Assembly: GCA_031292235.1 (NCBI GenBank)
Contig: JARLHM010000055.1
Coordinates: forward strand, 1 to 53,899
Length of the DNA stretch: 53,899 nucleotides
Origin: Syntrophaceae bacterium
GTDB lineage: Bacteria > Desulfobacterota > Desulfomonilia > Desulfomonilales > Desulfomonilaceae
Direction of reading: 5' to 3'
In this document: in pieces, positions 1 through 10,205 of the stretch
Layout: each line of letters opens with the position of its first letter
How positions within the stretch are numbered: the first letter of the stretch is position 1
The notes under the pieces: generated by a model
Database searches by the model: none
The model's input: the letters and a program-made list of their open reading frames with translations, nothing else
Told to the model about the DNA's origin: nothing
Program-made: the position numbers and the translations under genes

Positions 1-4
1 AGAT

Positions 5-2317
5 TTACTCGCCTAAACCTTTTTTTGAATCGCATTTCGGACAGTGCAGATAGCGTCCCTCTTTTTTTGAGACTTTTTCTTCCATTACAGTCGAATCACA
101 GTTCGGATTCGGGCATTTCATAGGTACTGGCTTGTTCCACATCGAAAAGTCGCAGCTTGGGTATTTGTCACATCCGTAAAAGGCCCTTCCTTTTTTTGTT
201 CGCTTGTGGACAAGGGATCCCTCACCGCATTTGGGGCATTGCGCTCCAGTCGAAACCGGACTTGCGCCCTTGCATTCCGGGTACCTCGAACAGGCGAGAA
301 ACGGTCCCGACCTGCCCTGTCTCATGACCATGGGCGCTCCACATGAGCAGACCTTGTCAGTCGGAACAGCGGCTGTGTCTGCGGCAGTTACGGAGACGAG
401 CTTCTTAGTATAGGTGCAATCAGGATAGGATGGGCAGCCTAAAAACAGACCATATCGACCGGCCCTTATCAAAAGGCGGTTACCGCATTCGGGACAACCC
501 TCTTTGGTGGAGACGCCTTCTCTTTTTATGTTTTTCATATTCTTTTTAGCTTCGACAAAAGCCGTGTTGAAAGGCGCGTAAAATTGCTCAAGTATCTGGG
601 TCATGGTTTCCGCCCCTTCTTCAATCAGGTCTAGGGAGGATTCCATTTCGGCGGTAAATTGGGGACTGACCAGGTCTGGAAAGCTGTCGACCAATAACGA
701 TGCTATTATTCGTCCCAAAACGGTTGGTTCGAACTTCTTGTCAACTATTTCCACATATTTTCGCTTTTGAATTGTGGTGACTATCTCCGCATAGGTTGAA
801 GGACGGCCAATGCCGCGTTCCTCCAGTTCTTTTATCAGTGACGCCTCATTGAATGCCGGAGGTGGTTGGGTAAACCGCTGCCGTGGGATAAGGCGATCCA
901 ATGCAAGGACGTCCCCTTCATTCAAATCAGGGAGAACCATGCTGGTGTTTTCCTTATCATCGGTCTGAACGCCGCCGTCTTCTTCCAATGAAATTGCGTA
1001 GATCCTGGTAAATCCATCGAATTTCATGATTGACCCGGTAACTCGGAAAAGGAGATCCCCGGCTTCGATGTTTGCCGTAGTCATGAAAAAGATCGCAGGG
1101 GCCGCCTGACTGGCAAGAAATCTGTTCCATATAAGCGAGTATAGGTCCCTCTGTTGTTTGTCCAGGAACGTGGCTACTCTTTCAGGGGGAAAATCTAGCG
1201 AAGTTGGTCGGATAGCTTCGTGGGCATCCTGCGCTCCTTTTTTACTTTTGTAAAAGTTGGGTTCCTGTGGGACATATTCTGGACCGAAATTCTTGTTCAG
1301 AAAATCACGCGCCGCCGCCATAGCTTCGGGCGCAATGCGGGGAGCGTCAGTTCTCATGTAAGTTATCAGCCCGATGGAACCTTCCTTTCCTAGTTCAATC
1401 CCCTCGTAAAGCTGCTGGGCGATACGCATAGTTCTGTTCGGCGACATTCGGAGTTTTCTCGACGCCTCTTGTTGAAGCGTAGAAGTGATAAAAGGGGGCA
1501 GCGCCCTTCTGGCCCTCTCTTTACGCTTTACTTGACTTACCTTGAATGTCTGCGAGTTGGCGTGTCGAGTGATTTCCGACGCCTTTCCAACATCCTGAAT
1601 CTCGGACTTGGCTCCATTGATTTCGACAAGTTTCGCCTCGAACGGCGCTGAACCGTTCTTCACAAGACTAGCCGAAACATTCCAGTATTCAGATGGAACG
1701 TATGTTTCAATATCCAGGCGTCTGTCCACAATCAATCTCAACGCGACAGATTGCACACGGCCGGCGCTCAAGCCGTACTGGACCTTATCCCATAGTAACG
1801 GACTGATCTGATAGCCTACAATCCTGTCCAAAATCCGTCTGGTTTGTTGAGCGTTGTATCTGTTGACATCGAGTTTCGAAGGATGCGCTACCGCCTCTCT
1901 GATAGTCCTCTCAGTCAATTCATTGAAACGGACCCTGAATACTGAACCCGCTGGTTTGCCTAGTTCTTCGCTTAAATGCCACGCAATGGCTTCGCCTTCT
2001 CTATCAGGGTCTGTCGCCAGCAGCACGCGTGATGATTTGCGGGCGAGGCTCCTGAGTTCGGAAATAATCTTCTCTTTGCCAGGAATGATCTCGTAATGAG
2101 GCTTAAATCCGGAATCTACGTCAACTCCGAGAACCGGTCCGGACCATTTGATCCGACCATTTGATTCGCCTTTGGCCTTCTGAGCAGTCTGCGGGAGGTC
2201 CTTTACGTGGCCCACGGAAGCTTTGACCTCGAAATTAGGGCCAAGATACTTTTTGATAGTTTTGGCTTTGGCGGGAGATTCCACCACAACCAGGGTTTTT
2301 CCTTCTGAATCGTTCAT
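5..2317 (-). CDS. topA: DNA topoisomerase I (type IA) with C-terminal zinc-ribbon repeats
   Basis: 770-aa ORF. Toprim N-terminus TLVVVESPAKAKTIKKYLG, DPDREGEAIAWH, catalytic Tyr motif GLITYMRTD, and several CxxC...CxxC zinc ribbons at the C-terminus. Confidence 0.95.
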   Translation of the reverse strand: MNDSEGKTLVVVESPAKAKTIKKYLGPNFEVKASVGHVKDLPQTAQKAKGESNGRIKWSGPVLGVDVDSGFKPHYEIIPGKEKIISELRSLARKSSRVLLATDPDREGEAIAWHLSEELGKPAGSVFRVRFNELTERTIREAVAHPSKLDVNRYNAQQTRRILDRIVGYQISPLLWDKVQYGLSAGRVQSVALRLIVDRRLDIETYVPSEYWNVSASLVKNGSAPFEAKLVEINGAKSEIQDVGKASEITRHANSQTFKVSQVKRKERARRALPPFITSTLQQEASRKLRMSPNRTMRIAQQLYEGIELGKEGSIGLITYMRTDAPRIAPEAMAAARDFLNKNFGPEYVPQEPNFYKSKKGAQDAHEAIRPTSLDFPPERVATFLDKQQRDLYSLIWNRFLASQAAPAIFFMTTANIEAGDLLFRVTGSIMKFDGFTRIYAISLEEDGGVQTDDKENTSMVLPDLNEGDVLALDRLIPRQRFTQPPPAFNEASLIKELEERGIGRPSTYAEIVTTIQKRKYVEIVDKKFEPTVLGRIIASLLVDSFPDLVSPQFTAEMESSLDLIEEGAETMTQILEQFYAPFNTAFVEAKKNMKNIKREGVSTKEGCPECGNRLLIRAGRYGLFLGCPSYPDCTYTKKLVSVTAADTAAVPTDKVCSCGAPMVMRQGRSGPFLACSRYPECKGASPVSTGAQCPKCGEGSLVHKRTKKGRAFYGCDKYPSCDFSMWNKPVPMKCPNPNCDSTVMEEKVSKKEGRYLHCPKCDSKKGLGE

Positions 2318-2569
2318 TCTGTCGCCTAAAATAATATTTCAAGAAATGTCATTGTTGACTCGAGATTTTCATACTCTGGAACACCTTCAGCCAACAATTT
2401 TAGTTCTAATGTTTCCTCAAAGCCAAAAGCTTTAGGTTTAAACATACAAAGTGTCAACTAAATTCACAGAATCACCAAATTGATCCCTCTGAAATAATAG
2501 TCTAACTCTTCGGACTTATGCCTCTTTCCCCTGAGACTTTAATCTGGGGCCTAATATGCCAAAGTCAAG

Positions 2570-3706
2570 TCAAAGCGCCACTCTGGAAAATAGTTTTCCG
2601 GGACTCTGGCGGACAAGCCCCAACATTTCAAGTTCAAGAAGGGCGCCAGATAGCCTTCCAGGTTCAATCTTCAGGCCTTCGCAGATGAGATCGATTGGAG
2701 TTGGATCCAAATCAAGAAAGTCGAGAATAGTTCGCGCAGCTTCAGACACTTCTAATCTATCAGGGGGAATTAAATTTGAGGGCGCCTCGTTTCTGTCCTT
2801 TTCAAATTCACATGTTGAAAAGGATGACAAAATATCTTCCACAGACTCTACGAGTCCGGCTCCCTGTTTTATAAGGAAATGAGGTCCTCGAGACCGTTCG
2901 TTTGTAATGTCTCCTGGAACTGCGAAGACATCTCTATTTTGATCCAGGGCGTGAAAAGCGGTGATCAACGAACCACTCTTTTTGGCCGCCTGGACAACGA
3001 CGACAGCTTTAGAAAGGCCTGATACTATCCTATTCCTACGAAAAAAATTCGTTTTCAATGGAGAGATCCCAGGCCTGAATTCAGTGATTACCGCACCATG
3101 TTCAGCCAATTGCTCGATGAGACTCTCGTTTTCTTTTGGATAAACGACATCAAGACCGCAACCAATTACCGCTATGGATCTTCCACCTTCCTTCAGGGCC
3201 GTCTGGTGACACACTGTGTCGATTCCCCGCGCAAGCCCACTAACAACGGTGAACGAAGACCGAACAAGGTCCCTTGTTATCGATCTGGCAAACTCCACAC
3301 CATACCTGGTAGGATTTCTGGTCCCTACCATCGCGATGGCCTTAGAGTCTTCAGGCAACAGCGAGCCTCTTACAAAGAGGATGGCTGGGGGATCGTAAAT
3401 GTCCTTTAGGTTGGAAGGATAATTGACTCCCCACCTCGTGATCAGTTTGGCCCCAAGGTGTTTTAGAAGGTCCATGTCCTTTTGAATTTCTTGAGACTGT
3501 GGTTTGTAGAAAGCTATCGAGTTGGAGAGACGTTCAGATAATCCGGTGCGACGCCGAATATCCGCAGCCGAGGCCCGGAAAACCTGACTTGGTCCCCCGA
3601 AGGATTCAACTAGTTTTGCCAATGTCAGGGGTCCGACTAGTGGAATTCTTTCAAGAGCTAACCAATCATAAATATCCTGTTCACATTCATGTTCGATTTG
3701 AACCAT
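2570..3706 (-). CDS. dprA: DNA-processing protein DprA/Smf
   Basis: 378-aa ORF with an N-terminal helical domain and a Rossmann core carrying GLARGID, RNRIVSGLS and KSGSLITA motifs. It sits directly upstream of topA on the same strand, a common pairing. Confidence 0.9.
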   Translation of the reverse strand: MVQIEHECEQDIYDWLALERIPLVGPLTLAKLVESFGGPSQVFRASAADIRRRTGLSERLSNSIAFYKPQSQEIQKDMDLLKHLGAKLITRWGVNYPSNLKDIYDPPAILFVRGSLLPEDSKAIAMVGTRNPTRYGVEFARSITRDLVRSSFTVVSGLARGIDTVCHQTALKEGGRSIAVIGCGLDVVYPKENESLIEQLAEHGAVITEFRPGISPLKTNFFRRNRIVSGLSKAVVVVQAAKKSGSLITAFHALDQNRDVFAVPGDITNERSRGPHFLIKQGAGLVESVEDILSSFSTCEFEKDRNEAPSNLIPPDRLEVSEAARTILDFLDLDPTPIDLICEGLKIEPGRLSGALLELEMLGLVRQSPGKLFSRVAL

Positions 3707-3803
3707 TTCTAAAGTTTCCCCCCAGAATTTAATTGATACGATGAATTTAAGAGTTATGCTTCAAAACGTAGCTGGCTAAAAAATCGGACGGGTCATAGGG
3801 ACT

Positions 3804-4529
3804 TTAACTTTTGTGACCGCCCAAAGACAAAATAATCTCGTTCATAGGAATGTAGGGTAGTTCAATAGTTGTCTCTGAAAGAGGTGATATTTGACTTCCG
3901 TTACATATGAATGACCGACATTCCAAAATTATTCCTGTTATTAAATCAGACCCTGCGCTCGTGATTTCTATTTGGCCTAGAGCCACATTTCCCGAATCTG
4001 AGGAATTGAATGTCGTGGCCGGCATAATGGTCGATAAGGAATCGGAGAATATGGCGAAACGGTCGCCCTCACGAACTAAGCCCCTTTTGGAGTCAACGCA
4101 ACGTATGTACACAATGTCTTTCTCATGGTAAAGAGCGCAAACGCCTGATGGTGAATCAACAATCTGTCCCCAGAACGGATTCATCAAGGCGCCTTTCTCT
4201 TTTATCCCGCCACTGGTTGACCGTTGCTGGTCTGACGCATTTGCCGGGTCAATCGCGCCATCGAATATTTCCTGAGTGTCCCTATCAGGACGTTTAACGG
4301 ATGGCGACGCCAGAGCTGTCACCATGCGGAGCTGGGAATTGTCGCAATCCGGCCGGTTATCTCCGGCAAAACACATTTGGGAGGACCAGATAGTGAAAAT
4401 GCAGCATAAATGAAACATCACACGGATAAATAATTTTTGAGCGACCATAGGTGGTCGATTATGTTTCAAAGACGCCGCAGCGTGATTCCTATGAACACAG
4501 TTACGAATTTGGGAGCACATTTGATTCAC
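3804..4529 (-). CDS. hypothetical protein, probably secreted (start uncertain)
   Basis: 241-aa ORF from a GTG. An internal Met at 4448 gives a signal-peptide-like MVAQKLFIRVMFHLCCIFTIWSSQMCFA. I recognise no family. AT-rich upstream region. Confidence 0.5.
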   Translation of the reverse strand: MNQMCSQIRNCVHRNHAAASLKHNRPPMVAQKLFIRVMFHLCCIFTIWSSQMCFAGDNRPDCDNSQLRMVTALASPSVKRPDRDTQEIFDGAIDPANASDQQRSTSGGIKEKGALMNPFWGQIVDSPSGVCALYHEKDIVYIRCVDSKRGLVREGDRFAIFSDSLSTIMPATTFNSSDSGNVALGQIEITSAGSDLITGIILECRSFICNGSQISPLSETTIELPYIPMNEIILSLGGHKS

Positions 4530-4717
4530 GGCGCCACTTCGTCCAGAACTTCACTTGAGGTACTTAAATCTAAACTTAACTTGCTATAAAGGACATTTAT
4601 AACTATTAATTAAACTAAACTATTATCAATATCGTGTAACATCTAATACTTTATAATCATTATACGCTTATGTCAAGTTCAGATTTTTCCTCAATAGCCT
4701 CAATGGGACTTCTCAAA

Positions 4718-7700
4718 TTAGCAGGATATTGAAAGGACCAGTGATTCTATTGGACTCAACACCAAGTCTCTTGGTGTCACTCGCTGGACAAAGTCCTCAA
4801 TTGAACATGAACTGGCTTGTTCTTCAAGTTTTTCAACAACATCATGGAACCTGCCGCCGAGGGCCTTTAGCATGTTCATCTTCTTCGACACGGAAGCCTG
4901 GCCGACGAATTCGACATGTAGGAGCGCAAGACTTTTACACTCTCCGGAACCGTCGCTAAAAAGAGGCGCTACCAGCAGACTTTCCTGGCCTCCCTTGCCT
5001 GAACTCCAAACAGCTCTGCGCAGTCTTAGGGCGGTTCTTTTGCTCCCGCCTGCGGGATTCGGGGTGTCATATCTGGACGCTTTGCCTTCGGAGTATCCGA
5101 ATCGAGCCACAACCTGGATAGGCGAAAATTCTCTGGTCAGTTCGTCAGGTTTCAAAGGGTCGCCAACCTTGTAAAGCATCCCGCCTTTGACGTTTTCAAT
5201 GACTTGGGACAACGCTTTAAGGACTCGCTTATCTTGATCCTTAACCCATGCGGCTTGCGCTCCCAGCCTTTCCAACGCTTTTAGCAACAATGAAGGCAAG
5301 GTGTCCTGAGGACGAGAAATTCCGACTGTCACGGTTTTGGCCTGATGCCGAATCGAATCGATGGGTCTTGTCATCTCTTCTATTGCTTTGCTGAGCGTGA
5401 CGATGCCCTCGTTTATCAGAAGTTCAAGGTCGTCTGGCGTCTCATCGAATGTGGCCAATTTACCAGAGTACATAGCCATGGACGCGGCTGTAGAAGCAGG
5501 TAGGGCAGCGTTCATTTCCCCGTCGGAGATTAGTTTTAAAGCGCCGTCAAATCTATTTTGGAGTTCAATACGGTCCCATGTCTCCGGATTCTCTAGAAAC
5601 TGGGTCAGTAGAGACCTAATGTCCCTCAGCCTGTTAGATTGTATATCAATGGCCTTAGCTGTATGGAACCCCCATAAATGTCCAGCTACAGTTGCAAGCA
5701 CAAACCCTAACCCTCCGCCTATTACCGGCAATTCCACGATGCCTTCCGCGTGGTCAAGAAATCGCTTTTCTCCTTCGGCGCAAAACACGAGAGGTTTTCC
5801 AGAGTGGGCCTTGAATATTGCTACTTCTTTGGCTGTATCTTGAACAATCTGGTCTGGGAGGTCATTTGCAATGACTAATGTTAGAGGTTCAGTAGAAAGA
5901 TCGATGTGTTTCTTGTCCTCCGTGAAATCGCAAGGGATAGATTTATAACAGAGTTCGCTCAGTTTTATTCTGATTTCATCTGCCGCGATTTTATTGGGAC
6001 CATTTCCGACAACCGCCCAGTTCCGGCTACTGGGACCGTAAATCTCTGCTAGATGTTTTATGACATCCTCTCGTTGGAGTACTAATTCTACCAATCTCGG
6101 CAATTCTTCAAGAGAGGCAATTTCCTGATATATCAGATCATCTGATAAGGAATTGAATTCCTTAGCTAACAGCGCCGCAGTTAGTTTTCCGGCGGTAACT
6201 TGAGAATAAAACGCCTTGGTTGACGCGACGGCCATCTCAACGTCGCGGCCATCACTTGTATAAAAATGGGAGTTAGATTTTGCGACCAGAGGCGAGTTAC
6301 GCCTGTTCACTATAGCGTGTATCCAGGCGCCGTGGGCGCTTGCCACGTCTACGGTCCTGTTGGTGTCGGTAGTCGTGCCACTTTGCGATATTGCTATCAG
6401 CAATGTGTCGTTCAGGGAATTATCGGGCATGAAGCCGGACAATTCCGAAGCTTTACATGACGTGACCGAAACGCCAAGTCCATCCAGGGCCTTCTCGATC
6501 AGGTATGCGACCCCATTTGCGGCGATGGAAGCCGTTCCCTGACCAATTACTATAATTTTTCGAATACGGGGTTGACTTGTGTCGCGAAGTCTACCAACTA
6601 GCGCTCCAAACGTTTCGGGTCCAACGTCCAAGAATTCGATGGTTCTACCCTTTTTGGTATATTTACCTTTGATGGTTTTACGTATGCTCGACGGCGCCTC
6701 GTGGATTTCTTTCTCAAAATAGTAGGCGAAAGCGCCTCGAAAAATGTCTCGAGAATGAATGTAAATCGGTTCCGTCCTTAACCTAAGTTGGGATAAATCT
6801 TCGAGAAAGTAAGCTTTAACATCATGTTTTGAGCGGGTAGATATCACAACTTCGGTTCCACCTTTTTCAAGACCGGACAGTAGCATACAGTTCCTTGTCC
6901 ATGCTGCAAGCCCGTAAACTTCAGAGGCGAATATGAATCCATCCAGCGGTTGGCCTATGAATAGGCTCTGGCCGCTTCCTTTTTGGCCCATCACAAGCTC
7001 ATCCGGAAACAGTGGATGTTGCATCACTATGGCCAAGGACCCCTCGCAACTGTTCATCAGTTCCGCAAACCTCTTGAAATGCGGCTCGGTAAGGCTGGTT
7101 CCCAATCGGTAGAACACAGGAAGGATCTTGGCGTCTGTCGTTACGGTCGGCTCGATCTGATAGCCACGGGAATGAACAACATCCTCAACAAGGGAGTGAT
7201 AGTTGTCGACATCTCCATTTAAGACAAATAGCGCGTTCCGGTCATTTATGGACTCGATATTTTCTTTTTCATGAAGCTCACCATCCACCGGATGGCAGTT
7301 AGAAAGGCTGATTATCCCGTTGGAAGCCCATCTAGTATGGGCTACAATATTGGCCTTCTCTATGAATGCGGCGATCCGCCATAGTTCTTCGTCATTCCGG
7401 ACGGCTTTCCTGATGTGGCTGGTGTTATCCCCCAAGCGCCCCACCAGGTTCGCTACCTTATAAATAAACGTGAGAACAAATCCCCTCGAATCGAGTTGGT
7501 TCCCATTAAACCCAATTTTAACGCCGTCTACGATCCTGGAGCGTTTGTCAAGAAGCCTTTCCTTGCACAGTTCGGAGACTTGCGGCAAACATGTGTTTTG
7601 GTCAATCAGGCATTGAACCGCTATCCCTACGGAATCTCGACCCCTGACCTCTAGTCTGTCGATATTTTCGAGCACTTTCTCAATCGACCATGCGACGAAT

Positions 7701-8122
7701 CGTTGTGAGCGGTTTGGTGATTTCGCGAGTAGCGCAGGATTCATCAGTTCATTTGTTCTGGAGACATTTTGTAGGACTTCGGCCCTGATCTGCCATATGG
7801 CGTCTCCGATATCCTGTTGTAGCGATTCAACTTCCTCTGTTGGTGGTTCACTGGCCAGTTGGGCGAGGATCTTTTCCAACCGGTTAGCCATACTATAAAC
7901 CTGAGAATAAAACTCGGATTTGGAAGCCAGTTCGAAATGAAAGGAAAACGTCATCAATTCATCGAAGTTTTTGATAAGGCGATCGACAGAATTTCTAAGT
8001 TGTCCAATGTCAAATGACTCGCGGTAAATTCCATCGAGTGAATCGGCAATTTGATGGACCCAATTTAAATCTGAATCATTTTTCCATGCTTCATTGCTGA
8101 GAAAGCCGGCTATTCCGCACAC
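4718..8122 (-). CDS. giant GlmS-like glutamine amidotransferase (class II Ntn) / tandem SIS-domain protein
   Basis: 1134-aa ORF with a GTG start 8 nt after GAGG. N-terminal MCGIAGF (Cys1 nucleophile), then LEVRGRDSVGIAV, AHTRWASNG and LNGDVDNY. Two SIS modules (GQGTASIAA...ISQSGTTTD and VGNGPNKIAADEIRIKLSE). GlmS-tail-like RHQAKTVTVGISRP, plus extra segments (see findings). Confidence 0.85.
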   Translation of the reverse strand: MCGIAGFLSNEAWKNDSDLNWVHQIADSLDGIYRESFDIGQLRNSVDRLIKNFDELMTFSFHFELASKSEFYSQVYSMANRLEKILAQLASEPPTEEVESLQQDIGDAIWQIRAEVLQNVSRTNELMNPALLAKSPNRSQRFVAWSIEKVLENIDRLEVRGRDSVGIAVQCLIDQNTCLPQVSELCKERLLDKRSRIVDGVKIGFNGNQLDSRGFVLTFIYKVANLVGRLGDNTSHIRKAVRNDEELWRIAAFIEKANIVAHTRWASNGIISLSNCHPVDGELHEKENIESINDRNALFVLNGDVDNYHSLVEDVVHSRGYQIEPTVTTDAKILPVFYRLGTSLTEPHFKRFAELMNSCEGSLAIVMQHPLFPDELVMGQKGSGQSLFIGQPLDGFIFASEVYGLAAWTRNCMLLSGLEKGGTEVVISTRSKHDVKAYFLEDLSQLRLRTEPIYIHSRDIFRGAFAYYFEKEIHEAPSSIRKTIKGKYTKKGRTIEFLDVGPETFGALVGRLRDTSQPRIRKIIVIGQGTASIAANGVAYLIEKALDGLGVSVTSCKASELSGFMPDNSLNDTLLIAISQSGTTTDTNRTVDVASAHGAWIHAIVNRRNSPLVAKSNSHFYTSDGRDVEMAVASTKAFYSQVTAGKLTAALLAKEFNSLSDDLIYQEIASLEELPRLVELVLQREDVIKHLAEIYGPSSRNWAVVGNGPNKIAADEIRIKLSELCYKSIPCDFTEDKKHIDLSTEPLTLVIANDLPDQIVQDTAKEVAIFKAHSGKPLVFCAEGEKRFLDHAEGIVELPVIGGGLGFVLATVAGHLWGFHTAKAIDIQSNRLRDIRSLLTQFLENPETWDRIELQNRFDGALKLISDGEMNAALPASTAASMAMYSGKLATFDETPDDLELLINEGIVTLSKAIEEMTRPIDSIRHQAKTVTVGISRPQDTLPSLLLKALERLGAQAAWVKDQDKRVLKALSQVIENVKGGMLYKVGDPLKPDELTREFSPIQVVARFGYSEGKASRYDTPNPAGGSKRTALRLRRAVWSSGKGGQESLLVAPLFSDGSGECKSLALLHVEFVGQASVSKKMNMLKALGGRFHDVVEKLEEQASSCSIEDFVQRVTPRDLVLSPIESLVLSISC

Positions 8123-8263
8123 GTTGTTTACCTCATAATAGATATTAATTTAAGCATGCAATGTTGAACAATGTATTTAACATTACTTACGTTGTGTCTC
8201 TAGTATTTTAATTTAAAATGATAGAGAAATGGGTCTGGCTAAAGTCCAGGAAAGGAAACCAAA

Positions 8264-8926
8264 TTGATCGATTTTCATACACACACCATATTTAGTGACG
8301 GGGTCCTAATACCGAGCGAACTGGTGCGGAGGGCTGAAGTTATAGGATACCGCGCCATAGGGTTGACCGACCATGTGGACGCGTCCAATCTGGATTTTGT
8401 AGCCCCTCGAATCATCAAAGTTGCGCAGGAATTGAACAGGCGCCAGAAGGTCTTGGTAATTCCTGGGGTTGAGATTACGCACGCGCCTCCCTCCGAAATA
8501 GCAGAGTTGATATCAGAAGCGCGAAAGCTAGGGGTAACCCTAATCGTTACACATGGCGAATCACCGGTTGAGCCGGTGGTTCCAGGCACGAACCATGCGG
8601 CTATTCTTGCGGAAACCGACATCCTGGCCCATCCAGGTTTGATCTCAAAAGAAGACGCGGCTTTGGCCAAAGAGAAAAACGTTTTCCTTGAAATAACGTA
8701 CCGATCCGGTCACAGCTTAACGAACGGACACGTTTTCCGGATGGCCTCAGAGACCGGGGCCCAAATGGTCCTCAGCACGGATACTCATACACCTGACAAT
8801 CTGATGACCGATCAAAAGGCTGAAATGGTGCTGATAGGCGCAGGAATGTCACATAAAGAAGCTGATAGAGTTCTGGACTCGAATCATGCGCTCCTTGATG
8901 TTTTGAAAGCCAGGATGGACTGGTGA
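8264..8926 (+). CDS. PHP-domain metal-dependent phosphoesterase (histidinol-phosphatase-like)
   Basis: 220-aa ORF with a TTG start. N-terminal IDFHTHTIFSDG, followed by the GLTDHVD and THGE His/Asp metal ligands typical of the PHP fold. Confidence 0.8.
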   Translation: MIDFHTHTIFSDGVLIPSELVRRAEVIGYRAIGLTDHVDASNLDFVAPRIIKVAQELNRRQKVLVIPGVEITHAPPSEIAELISEARKLGVTLIVTHGESPVEPVVPGTNHAAILAETDILAHPGLISKEDAALAKEKNVFLEITYRSGHSLTNGHVFRMASETGAQMVLSTDTHTPDNLMTDQKAEMVLIGAGMSHKEADRVLDSNHALLDVLKARMDW

Positions 8927-9152
8927 CAGCACAATGGCTTTCCCTTCGCCCTTGAAAGAATTCGGCGTGTCGGACGGATAAAAGGGAGTGGAACAGAATC
9001 GGGAACATGGTGATTCGATACAATAGGGCGGGCCGGTGGCTGTGGCCGGTGGCTTGCGAACACTTATCTTTTCTGATAACTTTTCCACCTTACAATGTTT
9101 GTAGTCTTCCTGAATGCGAGTAATAAACTCGAGTTGGGCGGGTATAATCAGA

Positions 9153-10064
9153 ATGAAAAAGTCCAGGCTTGCTGTTTCCTTAACTTTCGTAATCGTTCTA
9201 ATGGTTGTTTTTGTTACTTTGGTGTTCACGCTATCACGTTTCTTTGAGGACGAGGAGCGACCGTCCGGATTTTCGGGCATACTGGATTATGGTAACAAGA
9301 TCGGAATAATTCCTATTGAAGGAACTATTATGACGGCTGATGAAACTCTCAAGAACTTGAGAAAGTTCGAGAAAAGGTCGTCTATTCGAGCAATTGTACT
9401 AAGAATTAATTCTCCAGGAGGTACGGTTGCTCCCGCTCAGGAAATCTACCGGGAGATTGAGAAAATCAAGAAGAAAAAACCGGTCGTAGCTTCAATTGAA
9501 ACAGTAGGCGCATCGGCTGCTTATTATATTGCTTCCAACACTGATCGGATAGTTTGCTCGAAGGGTTCAATCACCGGAAGCATTGGCGTTATAATGATGC
9601 TGCCGGATATCCACAAAGTAATCGAAAAGATTGGTGTCAATGTCAATATTATCAAGGCTGGGGCTTTCAAAGACATCGGGTCCGGAGTAAAACCGCTGGA
9701 TGACAAAGAGCGCGATATACTACAAGGTTTCGCGACGGAGGTTCACGAACAGTTTATTTCAGATGTGATTCAAGGAAGAAAGGGAAAGATCGAAGAAGAC
9801 AAGCTGCGCAGCATAGCTGACGGACGATTTTTCACCGGTCAGACGGCGAAAGATTTGGGTTTGGTTGATTCTATGGGTAATTTTTATGATGCGATTAAGG
9901 TCGCTGCGAATCTTTGCGGAATAAAGGGTGAACCGGAAATTGAGTATCCGAAGAAAAAATGGAATAGTTACCTTGACCTCTTCCTGGATTCAACTTCAAA
10001 AAGTATTGTTAAAGGGTTGGAATACGCTGGGTCCGCGCGATCTAACGCTCCAATACCCAGATAG
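9153..10064 (+). CDS. sppA: signal peptide peptidase SppA, 36K type
   Basis: The ORF is open from 9114, but Met at 9153 gives MKKSRLAVSLTFVIVLMVVFV (basic residues then a TM helix). ClpP/crotonase-like core with NSPGG, GASAAYYIAS and GSITGSIGV. Confidence 0.85.
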   Translation: MKKSRLAVSLTFVIVLMVVFVTLVFTLSRFFEDEERPSGFSGILDYGNKIGIIPIEGTIMTADETLKNLRKFEKRSSIRAIVLRINSPGGTVAPAQEIYREIEKIKKKKPVVASIETVGASAAYYIASNTDRIVCSKGSITGSIGVIMMLPDIHKVIEKIGVNVNIIKAGAFKDIGSGVKPLDDKERDILQGFATEVHEQFISDVIQGRKGKIEEDKLRSIADGRFFTGQTAKDLGLVDSMGNFYDAIKVAANLCGIKGEPEIEYPKKKWNSYLDLFLDSTSKSIVKGLEYAGSARSNAPIPR

Positions 10065-10205
10065 GAACGACGTCTGAACAATATTGGGACCTCTAAATGT
10101 TGTTTTTTGCAAAATAGTGTAACATTTTCCTGTTAGCGCTTTTTCATACGGGCCCTTATCCTTGAAGAATGTAAACGATACATGAAGAAAGACGGAGAGT
10201 TATTG

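Noticed and set aside
8772-9280. 83-aa and 143-aa minus-strand ORFs spanning the PHP-sppA gap
   Set aside because: They overlap the 3' end of the PHP gene and the 5' end of sppA, and they have no SD and no recognisable motif.
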